Virus record (IMG/VR): IMGVR_UViG_3300044478_000074
Location: 1 to 47,110 of that record
Length of the DNA stretch: 47,110 bases
Source: a virus
Lineage: Duplodnaviria > Caudoviricetes
Reading direction: 5' to 3' (one strand)
The notes beneath the pieces are model-generated. The model was not told the DNA's origin, made no database searches, and saw only the letters and a program-made list of their open reading frames with translations. Made by a program: the position numbers and the translations under genes. This document shows positions 45,883-47,110 of the stretch, in pieces; positions within the stretch are counted from its first letter, which is position 1; the number at the start of each line of letters is the position of its first letter.

Positions 45883-45910
45883 TTGTGTTCCGCAGTGATT
45901 GTGGTATGAT
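45883..45910 (+). promoter_or_regulatory. Extended -10 promoter
   Basis: TG-g-TATGAT at 45902-45910; TTGTGT 16 nt upstream. Confidence 0.55.
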
Positions 45911-45998
45911 GGAGTTGTGGTTAAGGCAACGGCCTGACCCACAAGGCCCGGCCTCGGCTGGGGCCGGAAGTGCGATCTTTAACAACTTGGAGGCCTAT

Positions 45999-46487
45999 AT
46001 GGCAGATGATGCCAAGAAGAAGTCGCGTTGGACTTGCGACTGGGAAACGGGGCGGCTTTCCGTCACGTTCCCGAGCGGACGGACAGCGAGTGAGGTGCTT
46101 TCGTGGGCCAAACTCGTTCCAACCGACCTGCGCCCGGTGTGTGAATACGGGGCGAAGCAGATGTGTTCCGATGCCGGAGCAACGGATAAGGATACGCCTG
46201 CGGAAGTGCGGGAGGGATACATTCGGGAAAAGCTGGCCGCGGTTGCGCGGGGCGATTTCGGGGACTTCCTCTCAACGGGCCTGATCTTTGAAGCCCTGAT
46301 CTTGCTCAAGGTCGCGAAAGATGCGGCAGGAGCGGAGAAGGCTTGGAATGACCAGCCCGAACCGAAACGCAAAGCCGCAATGGAAACCGCACCCTTCAAA
46401 GCCGCCGTCAACGCGGCGAAGAAGGCGAGAGCGGAAGCGGCGGCGAAGAAAGCCCTGACCGAGATCGGGAAAGGGTTCACGTTCTAA
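45999..46487 (+). CDS. Early protein, paralog B (162 aa, ends GFTF)
   Basis: GGAGG SD; YGAKQMCSDAGA aligns with HGLLQKIGDSYA of 656..1150. Confidence 0.8.
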   Translation: MADDAKKKSRWTCDWETGRLSVTFPSGRTASEVLSWAKLVPTDLRPVCEYGAKQMCSDAGATDKDTPAEVREGYIREKLAAVARGDFGDFLSTGLIFEALILLKVAKDAAGAEKAWNDQPEPKRKAAMETAPFKAAVNAAKKARAEAAAKKALTEIGKGFTF

Positions 46488-46494
46488 AACATAG

Positions 46495-46529
46495 CCCCAG
46501 GGTGGATACCCTACCCTGGGGATTTTTTT
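46495..46529 (+). terminator. Intrinsic terminator
   Basis: CCCCAGGGTGG / CTACCCTGGGG then T7. Confidence 0.9.
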
Positions 46530-46719
46530 CGCGCCGGGCGGCCTGGCGCGTCGGGCTTGGCGCCTGGCGCCTGGCGCGCCCGCGCCGGGGCATTGCGCCC
46601 TTTACCCTCTTATGTCATCATTTATCCCTCGTTTACCCTTGGAATGTTGAAATGTGCCCTCCTTTTCCCTGTTGTCTCTCACATGTCATGTGTGCCCCCC
46701 CATTCTCCCCCGGCCATCA

Positions 46720-46752
46720 TTGGGGACAATTACACTTCGTAATTCCCCCCAA
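46720..46752. promoter_or_regulatory. 33-bp dyad motif, copy 5
   Basis: TTGGGGACAATTAC-acttc-GTAATTCCCCCCAA. Confidence 0.78.
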
Positions 46753-46944
46753 TTTGATGTGAGTACTCACTTCTCAGTTTTTTTTTTTTTTATTTTTTTT
46801 TCAAGAAGGTATACGTGTGAAGATGGGAATAACCGGGGACGGTGGGGCATATCCCCCAGCCATATCCTGGGAGAGGGGGGGTCCACACGCGACATGTTAG
46901 GAACAACAGGGAAAGGGAGGGTAAATTTCAACAAACCAAGGCTA

Positions 46945-47016
46945 CATCACGCCATCGCGCCATCGCGCCATCGCAGCACAAACGCAGCACAACAGCAGCA
47001 CAACAGCAGCACAACA
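46945..47016 (+). repeat. Short tandem repeats (GCCATCGC x3; GCAGCACAACA x3-4)
   Basis: Seen directly upstream of the first gene. Confidence 0.85.
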
Positions 47017-47110
47017 TAGGAGCAACGGCCATGCCTTATAAACTCAAGCCTCTCTCATCCTTCCACGAACACTTCTTTCGCATGGCGACAGAATATCAGC
47101 GCCTCTCCGC

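Noticed and set aside
4944-46752. Dyads as loxP/dif-like recombination sites or canonical parS
   Set aside because: Spacers differ between copies, no recombinase is encoded, and the sequence does not match dif or GTTTCACGTGAAAC.
46984-47110. 127-bp biological direct terminal repeat
   Set aside because: Length equals a common assembler k-mer and it ends mid-gene; most likely circularisation overlap.
1-47110. tRNA, rRNA, integrase or repressor genes
   Set aside because: None recognised by eye; tRNAscan/Aragorn would be needed to exclude tRNAs fully.

Overview
The window looks like a complete, circularly assembled genome of a GC-rich, probably lytic, short-tailed (podovirus-like) dsDNA phage. 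The unit length is about 46,983 bp; bases 1-127 repeat at 46984-47110. The + strand arm (about 45.9 kb through the origin to 16.3 kb) holds small early genes behind sigma70-like promoters, a recombination module (Cas4/RecB-like nuclease, AAA ATPase, SSB-like protein), a ParB-DNA methyltransferase fusion, a small SAM methyltransferase, a UDG-PolA fusion polymerase and a DUF3987-like ATPase. The - strand arm (45.7 to 16.3 kb) is the morphogenesis operon: terminase, portal, scaffold, major capsid, two glycosyltransferase-like genes, tail/fibre genes and three ejection proteins, one of them 2337 aa. I see no integrase, repressor, tRNA, CRISPR array, clear primase or clear endolysin. The strongest unexplained signals are: (1) two intact integron gene cassettes with attC sites but no integrase, with ORFs running opposite to attC polarity; (2) a 33-bp dyad (WWGGGGNNRRTTAC-N5-inverse) repeated five times plus a half site around the genome; (3) a likely overprinted +1 gene inside the polymerase fingers region; (4) a group I intron with a LAGLIDADG ORF splitting the major capsid gene; (5) two paralogous stand-alone early genes ending in GFTF(G) flanking the probable genome end. 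All product calls come from motif recognition by eye; no database search was run.
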